This document shows positions 37,299 through 46,575 of a DNA stretch of 64,000 nt, in pieces. Under the pieces are notes generated by a model. The model made no database searches. It was not told the origin of the DNA and saw nothing but the letters and a program-made list of their open reading frames with translations. Source of the DNA: Candidatus Nanohaloarchaea archaeon (GTDB lineage Archaea > Nanohalarchaeota > Nanosalinia > Nanosalinales > Nanosalinaceae); contig JBDGSK010000014.1 in assembly GCA_042217575.1 (NCBI GenBank), positions 10,930 to 74,929 on the forward strand, given 5' to 3'. The translations under genes were made by a program, and so were the position numbers. Each line of letters opens with the position of its first letter. Position 1 is the stretch's first letter.

Positions 37299-38141
37299 TT
37301 AACTGTTTCGGCTCCTGTTGAGCTGCCGCTTGTTCTCAAAGTCAGCGATTACTGAGTCCATGTAGTCGATTGTGTCGTGGAACAGCTGTTCGCTCGGGAC
37401 TATGAACTCGGAGATCTCGTAGTCTTCCTCGATGTGGTGGTACTTCTTCGCAGCTATCGGTGCTGCGCAGCCCTCAATCGCGTTGAGATAGTTCTTGATT
37501 GAGCTCTGGAACTCCCTGAGAACTTCTTTGTCAACTACTGTTTCCTTGGATATATCATATTCAAGCCAGAGTTGACTTCCCTGGTACTCCCCCGAGTTCT
37601 TCAGCTCGAGAATATCGTTTGAAGGCATTCCGTGGTCGGCTGCTTCTTTCCGCTTCTCCATGTACTCGTCGCGGGCGTCAAGTAAGTCGTAGCGAGCCCC
37701 CGCTGAAAGGAACGAGTTGGCGCTTATCTTGTCTTTTTCTTCTTCCGCGAAGTAGTTGTTAACATCGAAACGTGCAAGGTTGGCGACAAACTCCGTGTAA
37801 AGCCGTTTCGAAAAGCGGTCAGGGACAGGAAACATCTTCCCGAAGTCACGGAAATCAAAACGTTTAATCTGGCCTTTAACAGCAAGATAGGCCAAGTCCG
37901 ACGGAGAAAGCTCATCCGAGTACTGTAGAACCATCTTGTCGTCGCTGGACAGCCAGCCCATCTGGTTTACAACTCTTCCCGGTACTTCTTCATCCTCAAC
38001 TTTTACAGCGTCGTCAAACACTTCGACGCTCATGCCGAGAACTTCTTCGACTTGTGAAACTGTGGTCTCTGAGAAGTCCAAAGTATCCTTTATGACCTCA
38101 GTAGAGTCCTCATCCCAGGAACCTTGTCCAGTTGCCGCCAT
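37299..38141 (-). CDS. uncharacterized acidic protein, paralog family copy 4 (HExxH position degenerate)
   Basis: The 280-aa protein has SWDEDSTEVIKDTLDFSETTV, MVLQYSDELSPSDLAYLAVKGQI, LYTEFVANLA and SEFIVPSEQLFHDTIDYM. Confidence 0.65.
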   Translation of the reverse strand: MAATGQGSWDEDSTEVIKDTLDFSETTVSQVEEVLGMSVEVFDDAVKVEDEEVPGRVVNQMGWLSSDDKMVLQYSDELSPSDLAYLAVKGQIKRFDFRDFGKMFPVPDRFSKRLYTEFVANLARFDVNNYFAEEEKDKISANSFLSAGARYDLLDARDEYMEKRKEAADHGMPSNDILELKNSGEYQGSQLWLEYDISKETVVDKEVLREFQSSIKNYLNAIEGCAAPIAAKKYHHIEEDYEISEFIVPSEQLFHDTIDYMDSVIADFENKRQLNRSRNS

Positions 38142-38196
38142 GTCACTACATTAAGATGACGAAAGGCTAAAAGTTTTGCGGCCTTAGAGATGCCAG

Positions 38197-38205
38197 ATTT
38201 TTAAG
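38197..38205 (+). promoter_or_regulatory. TATA-like box upstream of the 49-aa ORF
   Basis: ATTTTTAAG lies 23-31 nt upstream of ATG 38228. Confidence 0.35.
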
Positions 38206-38227
38206 TGAACAGTCTAATCGAAGATAC

Positions 38228-38377
38228 ATGGGCAAAGACGACGGATCCTACGAGCACCAGCAACCTGGAAGAGTCAAATCCTCTGGAAAGTACAACTCTA
38301 CTGTCGAGAACGTCAAGCAGTACGTCAGGGAGAACCCGTCCTCCGTCATCAACAGAGTGAAGAACAAGCTCAAGTGA
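38228..38377 (+). CDS. small basic ORF (49 aa) immediately upstream of the AsnB-like gene
   Basis: My manual translation gives MGKDDGSYEHQQPGRVKSSGKYNSTVENVKQYVRENPSSVINRVKNKLK. It has a TATA-like box at leaderless spacing, and its stop lies 12 nt before ATG 38390. There is no homology support. Confidence 0.35.
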   Translation: MGKDDGSYEHQQPGRVKSSGKYNSTVENVKQYVRENPSSVINRVKNKLK

Positions 38378-38389
38378 TAGATAACCGAG

Positions 38390-40141
38390 ATGGGCTTGGC
38401 AGGTCAGAAAGGAGACAGAGATAACTCCAGCGAACTTTTAGCAGTCTTCGAAGAGCTCACTGACAGCAGGAGCGACCCAGGCCGCCTTAACGGCGACGGT
38501 TCAGATATACTCTACACCACTTCGAGGGATATCGTCAGCGCTTTCGAAGGAGAGAAGTTTAAAGCGGTCCTCCACGGCCGCATCGACAACGAAGCCAGTC
38601 TCCGAGAAGAGTTTGGAGTTTCAGAGGAGATTTCGCGAGCAGAGCTGATAGTTGAGATTTACAGAGAGGAAGGCGAGAAGTTTCAGGAAGAACTCTTGGG
38701 CAGTTACACGTTTGTAATATACGACTTGAGGTCAGAGAAACTCCTGCTCGGGAGAGACGCCACCGGTCTTCAATCGCTCTACTACTCAGTTAAAGAGGAC
38801 CTTGTCATCTTCTCCACCGAAATCTCCGCTCTGATTGAACACGAAGACTTAAGCTGTGGAACTAACAGGGAAGCAGTCGCCAGTTATCTGAAAGGCGAGA
38901 TGGATAGAAGAGAGGAGACTTTCTACCAGGATATCAAACGTCTGCCTCCTGACTCAACACTTGTAATCGATGAAGAGGTCCGCCTTTTGGAACACTGTAG
39001 TCTGAAGGATGAGTTCAGAGGAAACAGTACAGAATCCGCTAAAAGTCTCCGTGAAGTCCTCGAGGAACCAGTCAAGGACCGCTTAGAAGACCGCAAAAAA
39101 GTCGGTGTTCTTATGAGCGGAGGCCTCGACTCTACAGCTGTAGCGAGCATAGCTTACTCCTTCGACAGAGACGTAGAAGCATTATCGATGCTCTTCGACA
39201 GGTTCGAGGAAGCCGACGAGCGGGAAAGAATCAGCGACGCTGCAGAAGAAATAGGTCTGGACGTTAGAAAGCATAGAGGCGACGAGGAAACTCCTTCAAT
39301 CAATGACGAACTTCTCGGAGATCTGATGCGGAACGGACCCTGCGTCAATCCCAACTCAAGAGCCAGCCACAAAAGCTACGTAGAAGCCTCAGAGAACGGT
39401 TTTGACATACTTCTATCCGGGGGCGGAGGCAATATCCTTGACGGCAGCCGGCTCGCGTACGCCGACATGCTCAGAAACGGAGAACTTGAAAAGTTCGTCC
39501 GCACCGCCAGAAATGACTCTCTTTCAAACCGTCAAATCATAGGCTGGTGCGGGCTAGCGCCGCTTTTCCCGCGGTTAGCAAGTCTTATAGTCTCAGAAAA
39601 GAGCGAAGTACATCAAGAACTACTCGCCGAAGAGTACCTGGATAGAGAGGTTGAAGACATAGGAGCAGAAGTCAAAAGACTGGAGGCCGAACAGATGCTT
39701 GGAAGTATTCTCTCACCTGAAGTCGATATACAGATGGACATAGGCCGTAAACTGGCCCTGAAAGAAGGCATCGAGCTTAGATACCCCTACATGGATGAAA
39801 GGGTTCTAAGATTTGTAGCCCACACCGAAACCGGCACGCTCTTCGGAGAAAACGGGCATAAAACCGCTTTCCGCCAGGCATTCAGTGAAGACCTACCTGA
39901 ATCCATAATAGATTACGACGGAAACGAGACGCTTGAACCATTAATAAGACACTCGCTCTGTGAAGCCGAGTCAGATGAAATAAAGTCAGAACTGGACTCC
40001 TCTATTTTAGAGAAAAAAGGGATTGTCAAGAAGGGCGCATCAAAAACCCTCTACAAGAGATACAGAAAGGGAGAGGTATCTACCTCAGTCTTCTGGAGAT
40101 ACCTCTCCACTGAAATCTGGCTATCCAACCGGTTTAACTGA
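38390..40141 (+). CDS. asparagine synthetase B-like ATP-dependent amidotransferase/amide synthetase lacking the N-terminal Cys nucleophile
   Basis: The PP-loop [10 protein letters not shown] is present, with an Ntn/GATase-II-like N-domain ([32 protein letters not shown]). The protein begins MGLAG instead of MCG. The NGE position reads HGR. Confidence 0.8.
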   Translation: MGLAGQKGDRDNSSELLAVFEELTDSRSDPGRLNGDGSDILYTTSRDIVSAFEGEKFKAVLHGRIDNEASLREEFGVSEEISRAELIVEIYREEGEKFQEELLGSYTFVIYDLRSEKLLLGRDATGLQSLYYSVKEDLVIFSTEISALIEHEDLSCGTNREAVASYLKGEMDRREETFYQDIKRLPPDSTLVIDEEVRLLEHCSLKDEFRGNSTESAKSLREVLEEPVKDRLEDRKKVGVLMSGGLDSTAVASIAYSFDRDVEALSMLFDRFEEADERERISDAAEEIGLDVRKHRGDEETPSINDELLGDLMRNGPCVNPNSRASHKSYVEASENGFDILLSGGGGNILDGSRLAYADMLRNGELEKFVRTARNDSLSNRQIIGWCGLAPLFPRLASLIVSEKSEVHQELLAEEYLDREVEDIGAEVKRLEAEQMLGSILSPEVDIQMDIGRKLALKEGIELRYPYMDERVLRFVAHTETGTLFGENGHKTAFRQAFSEDLPESIIDYDGNETLEPLIRHSLCEAESDEIKSELDSSILEKKGIVKKGASKTLYKRYRKGEVSTSVFWRYLSTEIWLSNRFN

Positions 40142-42059
40142 GGAAGTCCGGCTCCAAACGCTTCTCTTCGACCTCTTCTTCGAGGTGTTCGCGGAACTCC
40201 TCGACAGAGAAGCCGCGGTCTTCGCGTTCTTCGCGGTCACGCACTGAAACCGTCCCCTCCGCCTCTTCGTCATCGCCGAGGATGAGCATGTAGGGAACGT
40301 TATCATCGTGCGCGGCCTGGATCTTCTTGCCGACCGTCCACGAGCGATCCTCGATTTCGACCCGGAAGTCGCCGAGCTCCTGCTTCACTTCACGAGCGTA
40401 CTCAAGGCTGTCGTCGCTGACCGGAAGGATCCTGACCTGTTCCGGTGCCAGCCACGTCGGGAACTCGCCCTCGTACTGCTCGATGAGCACCATGAACATA
40501 CGCTCATAGCTGCCGTAGAGGGCTCGGTGAATCATGACAGGGCGCTGTTCCTCGTTTTTCTCGTCCGTGTAGGTCAGGTCGAACCGCTTCGGCATGTTGA
40601 AGTCGACCTGAACCGTCGGTCCGTCCTGCTCTCTTCCAAGCGCGTCCTCGAACGTGATGTCTATCTTCGGACCGTAGAAGGCTCCCTCGCCTTCTTCTAT
40701 ACCGAAGTCAAGGTCTTTCTCCTCGAGAACCTCTCTAAGCGCTTTCTCCGACTTCTCCCAGATTTCGTCACTTCCTATCGCCTTCTCAGGTTTTGTGGCG
40801 AGCATGTAGTTGGCGTCAAGTCCAAGCGTGTCTATGACTTCCTCTATCATGCCGAGAACGCTCTCAATCTCCTGCTTCACCTGATCGGGGCGACAGAACA
40901 GGTGGCCGTCATCGATGGTGAAGCCCCAGACGCGTGAAAGTCCTGAGAGCTCTCCTCGCTGCTCTTTCCTGTAGACCTTACCGTTCTCGTAGTACCGCAC
41001 CGGGAGGTCACGATAACTCCAGTTGCCGCTCTTCTTGAAGATCTGGGCGTGTCCCGGACAGTTCATCGCCTTTAGACCGTACTCCTCATCGTCGATATCA
41101 AAGAGGAACATGTCGTCCTTGTAGGCCTCGTAGTGTCCGGATTCCTTCCAGAGCTCCGCCCTGAATACGTGAGGGGTCTCAACACGCTCGTAGCCGTTGC
41201 TCAGCGTGACGCTGTCCACATAGTCGCGGAGGTTCTCAAGCACCGTCTTTCCCGCTGGATGATAGAGAGGTAATCCCGGCCCTGTGACTTCAGGAATCGA
41301 GAACAGGCCCATCTGCTGGCCTATCTTCCGGTGGTCTCTCTTCTCTCGTTCTCTACGCTGCTCCATGAACTCTTCGAGCTCTTCTTCGGAGGGGAAGGCG
41401 GTTCCGTAGACCCGTGTCAGCATCTCGTTCTCCTCATCGCCGCGCCAGTAAGCTCCCGCGATTTCAAGCAGCTTGAATCCGCCGACTTCACCGGTGCTGT
41501 CAACGTGAGGGCCTTTGCAGAGGTCGCTGAACTCGCCCTGCGTGTAGAACGAAACCTGGTCGCCTCCCGCGGCTTCGTCTTCGAGAATCTCTTGCTTGTA
41601 CTCGTTATCCTCGAAGAACTCCTCCGCTTCTTCGCGGGAAAGCATCTCGCGCTCGATGTCGAGGTCTTCCTCGACGATTTCCTCCATCTCTTCCTCGATC
41701 TCCTCGAAGTCCTCCTCATCGAGGTCTACTCCGTCGATATCGTAGTAGAAGCCTTCGTCGTTCCAGGGGCCGATAGTCAGTTTTACCTCGTCGCCGTAGA
41801 TACGTTTCAGTGCCTGTGCGAAGACGTGCGCCGCGGAGTGCCGCAGAACCTCGATGTATTCGTCAGAGTCCTCGGTGACAATCTCGACTTTGTCGCCGTC
41901 GCTGACCTCTTCCTCTTTAGCTACGAGGTCACCGTCGATTTTTCCGGCGACGGTGTCGTTGCCGAGTCCTTCTCCGATTTCATACGCTACGTCTTCCACT
42001 GTCGAGCCTTCCGGCACGTCAAGCTCTGAGCCGTCAGGCAGTTCTACGGTGATGCTCAT
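40134..42059 (-). CDS. thrS: threonine--tRNA ligase (bacterial/eukaryal-type with TGS and HxxxH editing domain)
   Basis: It has an N-terminal TGS domain ([13 protein letters not shown]), the second additional domain ([13 protein letters not shown]), a class II core and a C-terminal anticodon-binding domain. The size is 641 aa. Confidence 0.95.
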   Translation of the reverse strand: MSITVELPDGSELDVPEGSTVEDVAYEIGEGLGNDTVAGKIDGDLVAKEEEVSDGDKVEIVTEDSDEYIEVLRHSAAHVFAQALKRIYGDEVKLTIGPWNDEGFYYDIDGVDLDEEDFEEIEEEMEEIVEEDLDIEREMLSREEAEEFFEDNEYKQEILEDEAAGGDQVSFYTQGEFSDLCKGPHVDSTGEVGGFKLLEIAGAYWRGDEENEMLTRVYGTAFPSEEELEEFMEQRREREKRDHRKIGQQMGLFSIPEVTGPGLPLYHPAGKTVLENLRDYVDSVTLSNGYERVETPHVFRAELWKESGHYEAYKDDMFLFDIDDEEYGLKAMNCPGHAQIFKKSGNWSYRDLPVRYYENGKVYRKEQRGELSGLSRVWGFTIDDGHLFCRPDQVKQEIESVLGMIEEVIDTLGLDANYMLATKPEKAIGSDEIWEKSEKALREVLEEKDLDFGIEEGEGAFYGPKIDITFEDALGREQDGPTVQVDFNMPKRFDLTYTDEKNEEQRPVMIHRALYGSYERMFMVLIEQYEGEFPTWLAPEQVRILPVSDDSLEYAREVKQELGDFRVEIEDRSWTVGKKIQAAHDDNVPYMLILGDDEEAEGTVSVRDREEREDRGFSVEEFREHLEEEVEEKRLEPDFLS

Positions 42060-42083
42060 GCAGAAGACCTTCGGGCAGAATAG

Positions 42084-42089
42084 TTTAAA
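42084..42089 (-). promoter_or_regulatory. TATA-like box for thrS
   Basis: TTTAAA lies 25-30 nt upstream of ATG 42059. Confidence 0.35.
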
Positions 42090-42183
42090 CGGTTTTGAAT
42101 ACGGCTGTCACTGCCGGAGAACTTGGAAATGCATCGGGGTAAAGTGTCCACCCTTCATTGTAACGCAAGTTTCTGCAGCAGCT

Positions 42184-42190
42184 CTTAAAT
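42184..42190 (+). promoter_or_regulatory. TATA-like box for trm56
   Basis: CTTAAAT lies 24-30 nt upstream of ATG 42214. Confidence 0.35.
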
Positions 42191-42213
42191 CTCTGTTGCC
42201 CGCAGCCTTTCCC

Positions 42214-42729
42214 ATGCTGAAAGTGCTGAGGCTCGGCCACCGCGCCGGAAGAGACGACAGGATTTCCACGCACGTGGGACTGACCGCGAGGCAGTGGGGA
42301 GCCGACGAAGTAGTTTTCTCCGGCGAGAAAGACGATTCAATGCTGGAAAGTCAGCGCGACATTATTGCTCGTTGGGGTGGAGACACGAGCGTCCGTTACG
42401 AAGAGAGCTGGAAGCAGGAAATCAGGGAGTTCAACGGCGTTAAAGTCCACCTGACGATGTACGGCGAGCGTATCGACGAGAAGATGGGTGAGATAGAAGA
42501 GAAAGTAGAAGATGAGGAAAACCTCCTCGTCATCGTGGGCGCGGAGAAGGTCCCCCGCTGGGTCTACACGCACGTCGACTACAACATTTCAGTCGGGAAC
42601 CAGCCCCACTCGGAAATCGCGGCGCTCTCAGTCTTTCTCGACCGTTTGAGAGGGCTTGAGGAAGAGTTCCCCGGCGCTGACATCGAAGTCGTCCCGAGTG
42701 AGGACAGGAAGCTGACAGAGGAGAAGTAG
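42214..42729 (+). CDS. trm56: tRNA (cytidine56-2'-O)-methyltransferase aTrm56
   Basis: ATG 42214 gives MLKVLRLGHRAGRDDRISTHVGLTARQWGA, with a SPOUT C-terminal segment (NQPHSEIAALSVFLDRL). The upstream part of the track ORF is antisense to thrS. Confidence 0.75.
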   Translation: MLKVLRLGHRAGRDDRISTHVGLTARQWGADEVVFSGEKDDSMLESQRDIIARWGGDTSVRYEESWKQEIREFNGVKVHLTMYGERIDEKMGEIEEKVEDEENLLVIVGAEKVPRWVYTHVDYNISVGNQPHSEIAALSVFLDRLRGLEEEFPGADIEVVPSEDRKLTEEK

Positions 42730-43116
42730 CTACTCCAAGTCGCTCATCTTGTTGGCGACGTCGCTGGCGTAACCTCTCAGCTGTTCGGAGTAGCCGAGCA
42801 TCGTCATCTCCTGTACGTCTTCCTCGTACTCAAGTACGGTGTCGCGGGTCGCGTCGTGCTCAAGCATCTCATCGACAAGCGTCAGGCCTACCAGCTGCAT
42901 CGCCGCAGTGTTTGTCCTGTAAGTATCGGACACGGGCTCTGCGGCTTCGCCAGGGTCGAGCAGGTAGTCAAGCCATCGCTCCGGCTCGTACATGTCGTCA
43001 AACATTGCTTCTTCGCCGGGAGAGGTAAATCCTACAAGGGTTTCATCTTCATCTTCCACTATCTCAAAGTCAGGGCTCCAGGAAATATCGACTCTGTCAG
43101 GGTAATCCTCGGCCAT
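42730..43116 (-). CDS. hypothetical acidic protein
   Basis: This 128-aa ORF has an ATG start and proteome-typical acidic composition. I recognise no motif. Confidence 0.5.
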   Translation of the reverse strand: MAEDYPDRVDISWSPDFEIVEDEDETLVGFTSPGEEAMFDDMYEPERWLDYLLDPGEAAEPVSDTYRTNTAAMQLVGLTLVDEMLEHDATRDTVLEYEEDVQEMTMLGYSEQLRGYASDVANKMSDLE

Positions 43117-43143
43117 AGCTTTCCAGTTCCGAGAAAACTTTAA

Positions 43144-44052
43144 CTACTTTTCCGGGCGAGGGGGGTCGATTTCGAACTTCTTGCCGTCTTCTCCCATATA
43201 AGTCTCCTCGAACACTTCGCGCGCCTCATCCAGAAGCTTCTGCTCTTCGTTCCTGAACCGGCGCGAGATGTGTGTTAACACAAGCTGTTCTACATCGGCT
43301 TTCCCGGCGATTTCCGCGGCCTGACGTGCCGAGGTATGACCTTTCCGGTCTTCAATCATGTCGTGCGTTACAGTTGCCTCGTGAATCAGGAGGTCGGCGT
43401 TCTTCGCGTTCTCGATCATCGCTTTACATTTCGCGGTGTCGCCGGAGTATACCATCTTCCTGCCGGGAACTTCTTCGACTATATCCTCCGGCTCAATCGT
43501 CTTCCCGTTATGCTCGACTGTCTCTCCTTCCTTCAGCTTTCCCACCTTGGGCGAGGAGCCTATCCCGAGCTCCTCCATCTTCTGCTTGTTCGCCTTCTTC
43601 TGGTCGTCCTCCTCGAAAACGTAGCCGAAAGCGTTGACGCCGTGATCGACCTCGAAAGGCCGTACCTCGTAGCCTTCGCCTACTATCGCGTCGCCTTCTA
43701 CGATGTCCTCGGCGTAGATGTCGTAGCTTCTGTTGAAGTAGCCGGTGTCAAGTATGCGCTCTGTGAACTCTTCAGTCCTCGGCGGGCCGTAGATGTAGAG
43801 CGGGTGCTCCCTGCCCTCCATCTCCAGCGTCTGGATAAGTCCGAGCAGCCCTGAGAAGTGGTCGGCGTGCCAGTGAGAGATGAATACCCGGTTAATCTTC
43901 ATCAGGCCGAGCTTGTCCATCATCAGCCTTCTCTGGGTTCCCTCGCCGCAGTCGAAAAGGATGCGCTCGCCGTTGAAGTTCACAAGATTTGCTGCAAGAC
44001 CTCTCTCGCGCGTGGGTACTGCGCTGGAAGTCCCGACCGTCCAGACGTCCAT
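43144..44052 (-). CDS. rnz: ribonuclease Z (tRNA 3' endonuclease)
   Basis: It has the metallo-beta-lactamase HxHxDH motif (ISHWHADHFSG) and is 302 aa, with a typical RNase Z N-terminus (GTSSAVPTRERGL). Confidence 0.9.
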   Translation of the reverse strand: MDVWTVGTSSAVPTRERGLAANLVNFNGERILFDCGEGTQRRLMMDKLGLMKINRVFISHWHADHFSGLLGLIQTLEMEGREHPLYIYGPPRTEEFTERILDTGYFNRSYDIYAEDIVEGDAIVGEGYEVRPFEVDHGVNAFGYVFEEDDQKKANKQKMEELGIGSSPKVGKLKEGETVEHNGKTIEPEDIVEEVPGRKMVYSGDTAKCKAMIENAKNADLLIHEATVTHDMIEDRKGHTSARQAAEIAGKADVEQLVLTHISRRFRNEEQKLLDEAREVFEETYMGEDGKKFEIDPPRPEK

Positions 44053-44128
44053 GGCGAATGATTGACGCGTGAGCTTTTAACTTGTTGAGACGGTCGAGGT
44101 TAAAACAGTTGCCAGCCAAGAATCACCC

Positions 44129-44668
44129 ATGACAGACGAAAACGTTCCCAGCAGCGGCTACGGAGACGTGTACGATGCGATGGGGGTCGAAAGCCCTTTC
44201 CACGCACTGGATGAAGAACCCGCGGACTCTGAAAGCTACGCCGGCGAAATAGCTGCGTACCGGGAGCGCCAGGACTACGAGGCTGCGGAACAGCTCTGCC
44301 GGGACCTTGAGGACATCTTCGAGGCGACGGATTACTTCCCGATTCTGATGGTGGACGGCGAAGGCGTTATGCCGGTGGCACTCGGCCGTTATGAAGAGTC
44401 CTCGCAGGTGCATCCGGACTTCTACCTCGACGCGACGGAGACCAACTTGGACGCGGTTGACCTTGTCTTCGAGGAGTCGGACTACAGGGGTGAGATGATG
44501 GACCTCTTCGAGGAAACCGTTGAAGAAGTCCCTGACCTGACGCTTGAGCACAGGAAGCCGTTCAGCGACACCGGAATCTTACAGGGAGCGTGGCTGGCGC
44601 CCGGGATAGAACACCTCTACAACCTGGAAGAGATAGAGGAGGAAAGAGCTGAGACAGGCTTCTTCTGA
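44129..44668 (+). CDS. hypothetical acidic protein
   Basis: This 179-aa ORF has an ATG start and a TATA-like GTTAAAAC about 25-30 nt upstream. Confidence 0.5.
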   Translation: MTDENVPSSGYGDVYDAMGVESPFHALDEEPADSESYAGEIAAYRERQDYEAAEQLCRDLEDIFEATDYFPILMVDGEGVMPVALGRYEESSQVHPDFYLDATETNLDAVDLVFEESDYRGEMMDLFEETVEEVPDLTLEHRKPFSDTGILQGAWLAPGIEHLYNLEEIEEERAETGFF

Positions 44669-44671
44669 AGT

Positions 44672-45577
44672 TCAGAGCCTGTAAATGTAGCGTGTCAGGT
44701 TCTTGTGGACGTATACCTCGAACTCCGGCTCTCCCAAATCTTCAGAGTTGGACATGAAAACAACGGTTTCCGCGAGCTCTCCCGCCTTCTCTACGAATTC
44801 CTCGACAGCCTCGTTCTCCTTCTTTGAGGCGCGTCCGTACGGTAAATCGGTCACGACCGCGTCGAAATCGATGTCCTCGAAAGTTTCGCCGAGTTCCGAG
44901 AACTCTGCCTCGCGGATGTCATGCCGGATGACTCCGTACTCCTCCAGGTTCTTCCTCGCGCCTTCAACCATCTCCTGCTGCATGTCCGCGCCGTAGACGT
45001 CGACACCGCAGAGGCCGGCCTCGATCAGTATTCCGCCGGTGCCGCAGAACGGGTCGAGCAGTTTCTCTCCCGGTTTGACGCCGGAAAGATTGACCAGGAC
45101 GCGGGCCAGCACCGGGTCAAGCGAGACCGGGGAAGAGAACGGCCGTTCCTGGTTCTTCCGCTGGTTGAACAGGCTGCGGTCGATATCCTCCACGAGCCTT
45201 CCAACTATGTGTTCGTCTTCGAGCGCGTAGACCCGGATTACCTCTTCCGGGTTCTCAAGGTCCACCTCGTTTTCCTCAGTTGAAAGCTGTTCTCCAAGCT
45301 GTTTTTCGATTCCAGAGACTTCTGCGCCGAGGTCTTCGGCACGGACAGCGTAAGAGCCTTCCGGCCGATAACTAGTTTCAAGCTCGCCGCGGGCCAGGAC
45401 CTCAACGACTTCATGGGTCAGCCCGAGGCGCCTCAGCTGGGACGGTTCCGCGTCCGTTAAGGCGACACGCTCCAACTGTTCCGGATCCTCCTTGATTCCA
45501 TGCGACCGGAGGAATCCTTCCAGGTCAGCTTCCGCAAGTTCAAGGTCTTCTCCCGCGAACAGGTAAGCGTAGCTCAC
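44672..45577 (-). CDS. THUMP-domain tRNA (guanine-N2)-methyltransferase (aTrm11/Trm-G10-like)
   Basis: The C-terminal Rossmann MTase has LDPFCGTGGILIEAG and the DLPYG motif. There is an N-terminal THUMP-like region. The start is GTG. Confidence 0.65.
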   Translation of the reverse strand: MSYAYLFAGEDLELAEADLEGFLRSHGIKEDPEQLERVALTDAEPSQLRRLGLTHEVVEVLARGELETSYRPEGSYAVRAEDLGAEVSGIEKQLGEQLSTEENEVDLENPEEVIRVYALEDEHIVGRLVEDIDRSLFNQRKNQERPFSSPVSLDPVLARVLVNLSGVKPGEKLLDPFCGTGGILIEAGLCGVDVYGADMQQEMVEGARKNLEEYGVIRHDIREAEFSELGETFEDIDFDAVVTDLPYGRASKKENEAVEEFVEKAGELAETVVFMSNSEDLGEPEFEVYVHKNLTRYIYRL

Positions 45578-46575
45578 ATCAGGTCACCGTTTCCAAGGGA
45601 GTTGAGGGCGGCGTAGCCGATGATTATCCCCGGCCAGTAGGTCGTCAGCCGGAACAGGATAGCGGCTATGAGACCTACAGCGAACGTCACCGGGAAGAAG
45701 ATGTTGGCGACACCTGCCATGACCGCTTCAAACGTTCCGGAGCCGCCGGGTGTCGGTGAAAAGTTGGCCAGCCCCGAGATTACGACTACGAAGTATATCG
45801 GTGTGAAGTCGACGTTGTAACCGAGCGACAGCATTATGAAGTATAGGCAGCCGACCTGGAACAGGAAGCCGATATGAGCAACTATCGCGGTCTCAAACAG
45901 GTAGCGCGGGTGTTCTCCGATGTCGCGGAACGCCTCTTCCACGTCTTCAAGCCGTTCTTCGAGACCCTCCAGCTTGTCCCTGAACAGTCCTGTAGCATTC
46001 ACAAACTTTTCCGCTGCCCCGAGAATCGCTCCTTCTATCGTACCTGACTCGAACCAGAGCAGGTAGACCAGGATCCCTCCTATCGCGGTGGCAAGGAAGG
46101 CGGCGTAGACGGCCTGGAGAACTACATCTTTCAGTGCGCCGAAAATCAGCAGGTAGATCGCGCCGCCGAGCACGAATGTGACCATAGGTATCCCGTTAAT
46201 TATGTCCGCTGAGAAAACACTGGAGATACTCTTTTCGTAGTTTGCGTCCGAGTTTTTCGACACAAGGTACGCCATCACCGGCTCTCCTCCGAACTGTCCT
46301 ATCGGCGTTATCGAGTTCATGAATGTTCCTGCCATGAAGATGCGGAGCGACTTCATGTAGTCCATGTATATCCCGGCCTTGCTGAAGACACGGTACCAGG
46401 TATAGGCCCAGGCCGGGAACACAGCCAGGCCGAAGAAGAAGGCTGGAGCCAGAAGCAGCAGATCCGCGGTTCGGAGGGCTTCCAGAAACTTGTCAAGATC
46501 AGCAAGGTATACCAGCGAAGATATTATGGCGGTTGAGACGCCGAACCACAGGAACCTTTTAGTTCTTGAATCCAT
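45574..46575 (-). CDS. multi-pass membrane protein, flippase-like / UPF0104 (LPG-synthase TM-region-like)
   Basis: The 333-aa protein has about 8 TM segments. A central amphipathic loop and a GGSG-like PTPGGSGTFE segment are typical of this family. This call is from memory and unverified. Confidence 0.45.
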   Translation of the reverse strand: MDSRTKRFLWFGVSTAIISSLVYLADLDKFLEALRTADLLLLAPAFFFGLAVFPAWAYTWYRVFSKAGIYMDYMKSLRIFMAGTFMNSITPIGQFGGEPVMAYLVSKNSDANYEKSISSVFSADIINGIPMVTFVLGGAIYLLIFGALKDVVLQAVYAAFLATAIGGILVYLLWFESGTIEGAILGAAEKFVNATGLFRDKLEGLEERLEDVEEAFRDIGEHPRYLFETAIVAHIGFLFQVGCLYFIMLSLGYNVDFTPIYFVVVISGLANFSPTPGGSGTFEAVMAGVANIFFPVTFAVGLIAAILFRLTTYWPGIIIGYAALNSLGNGDLM

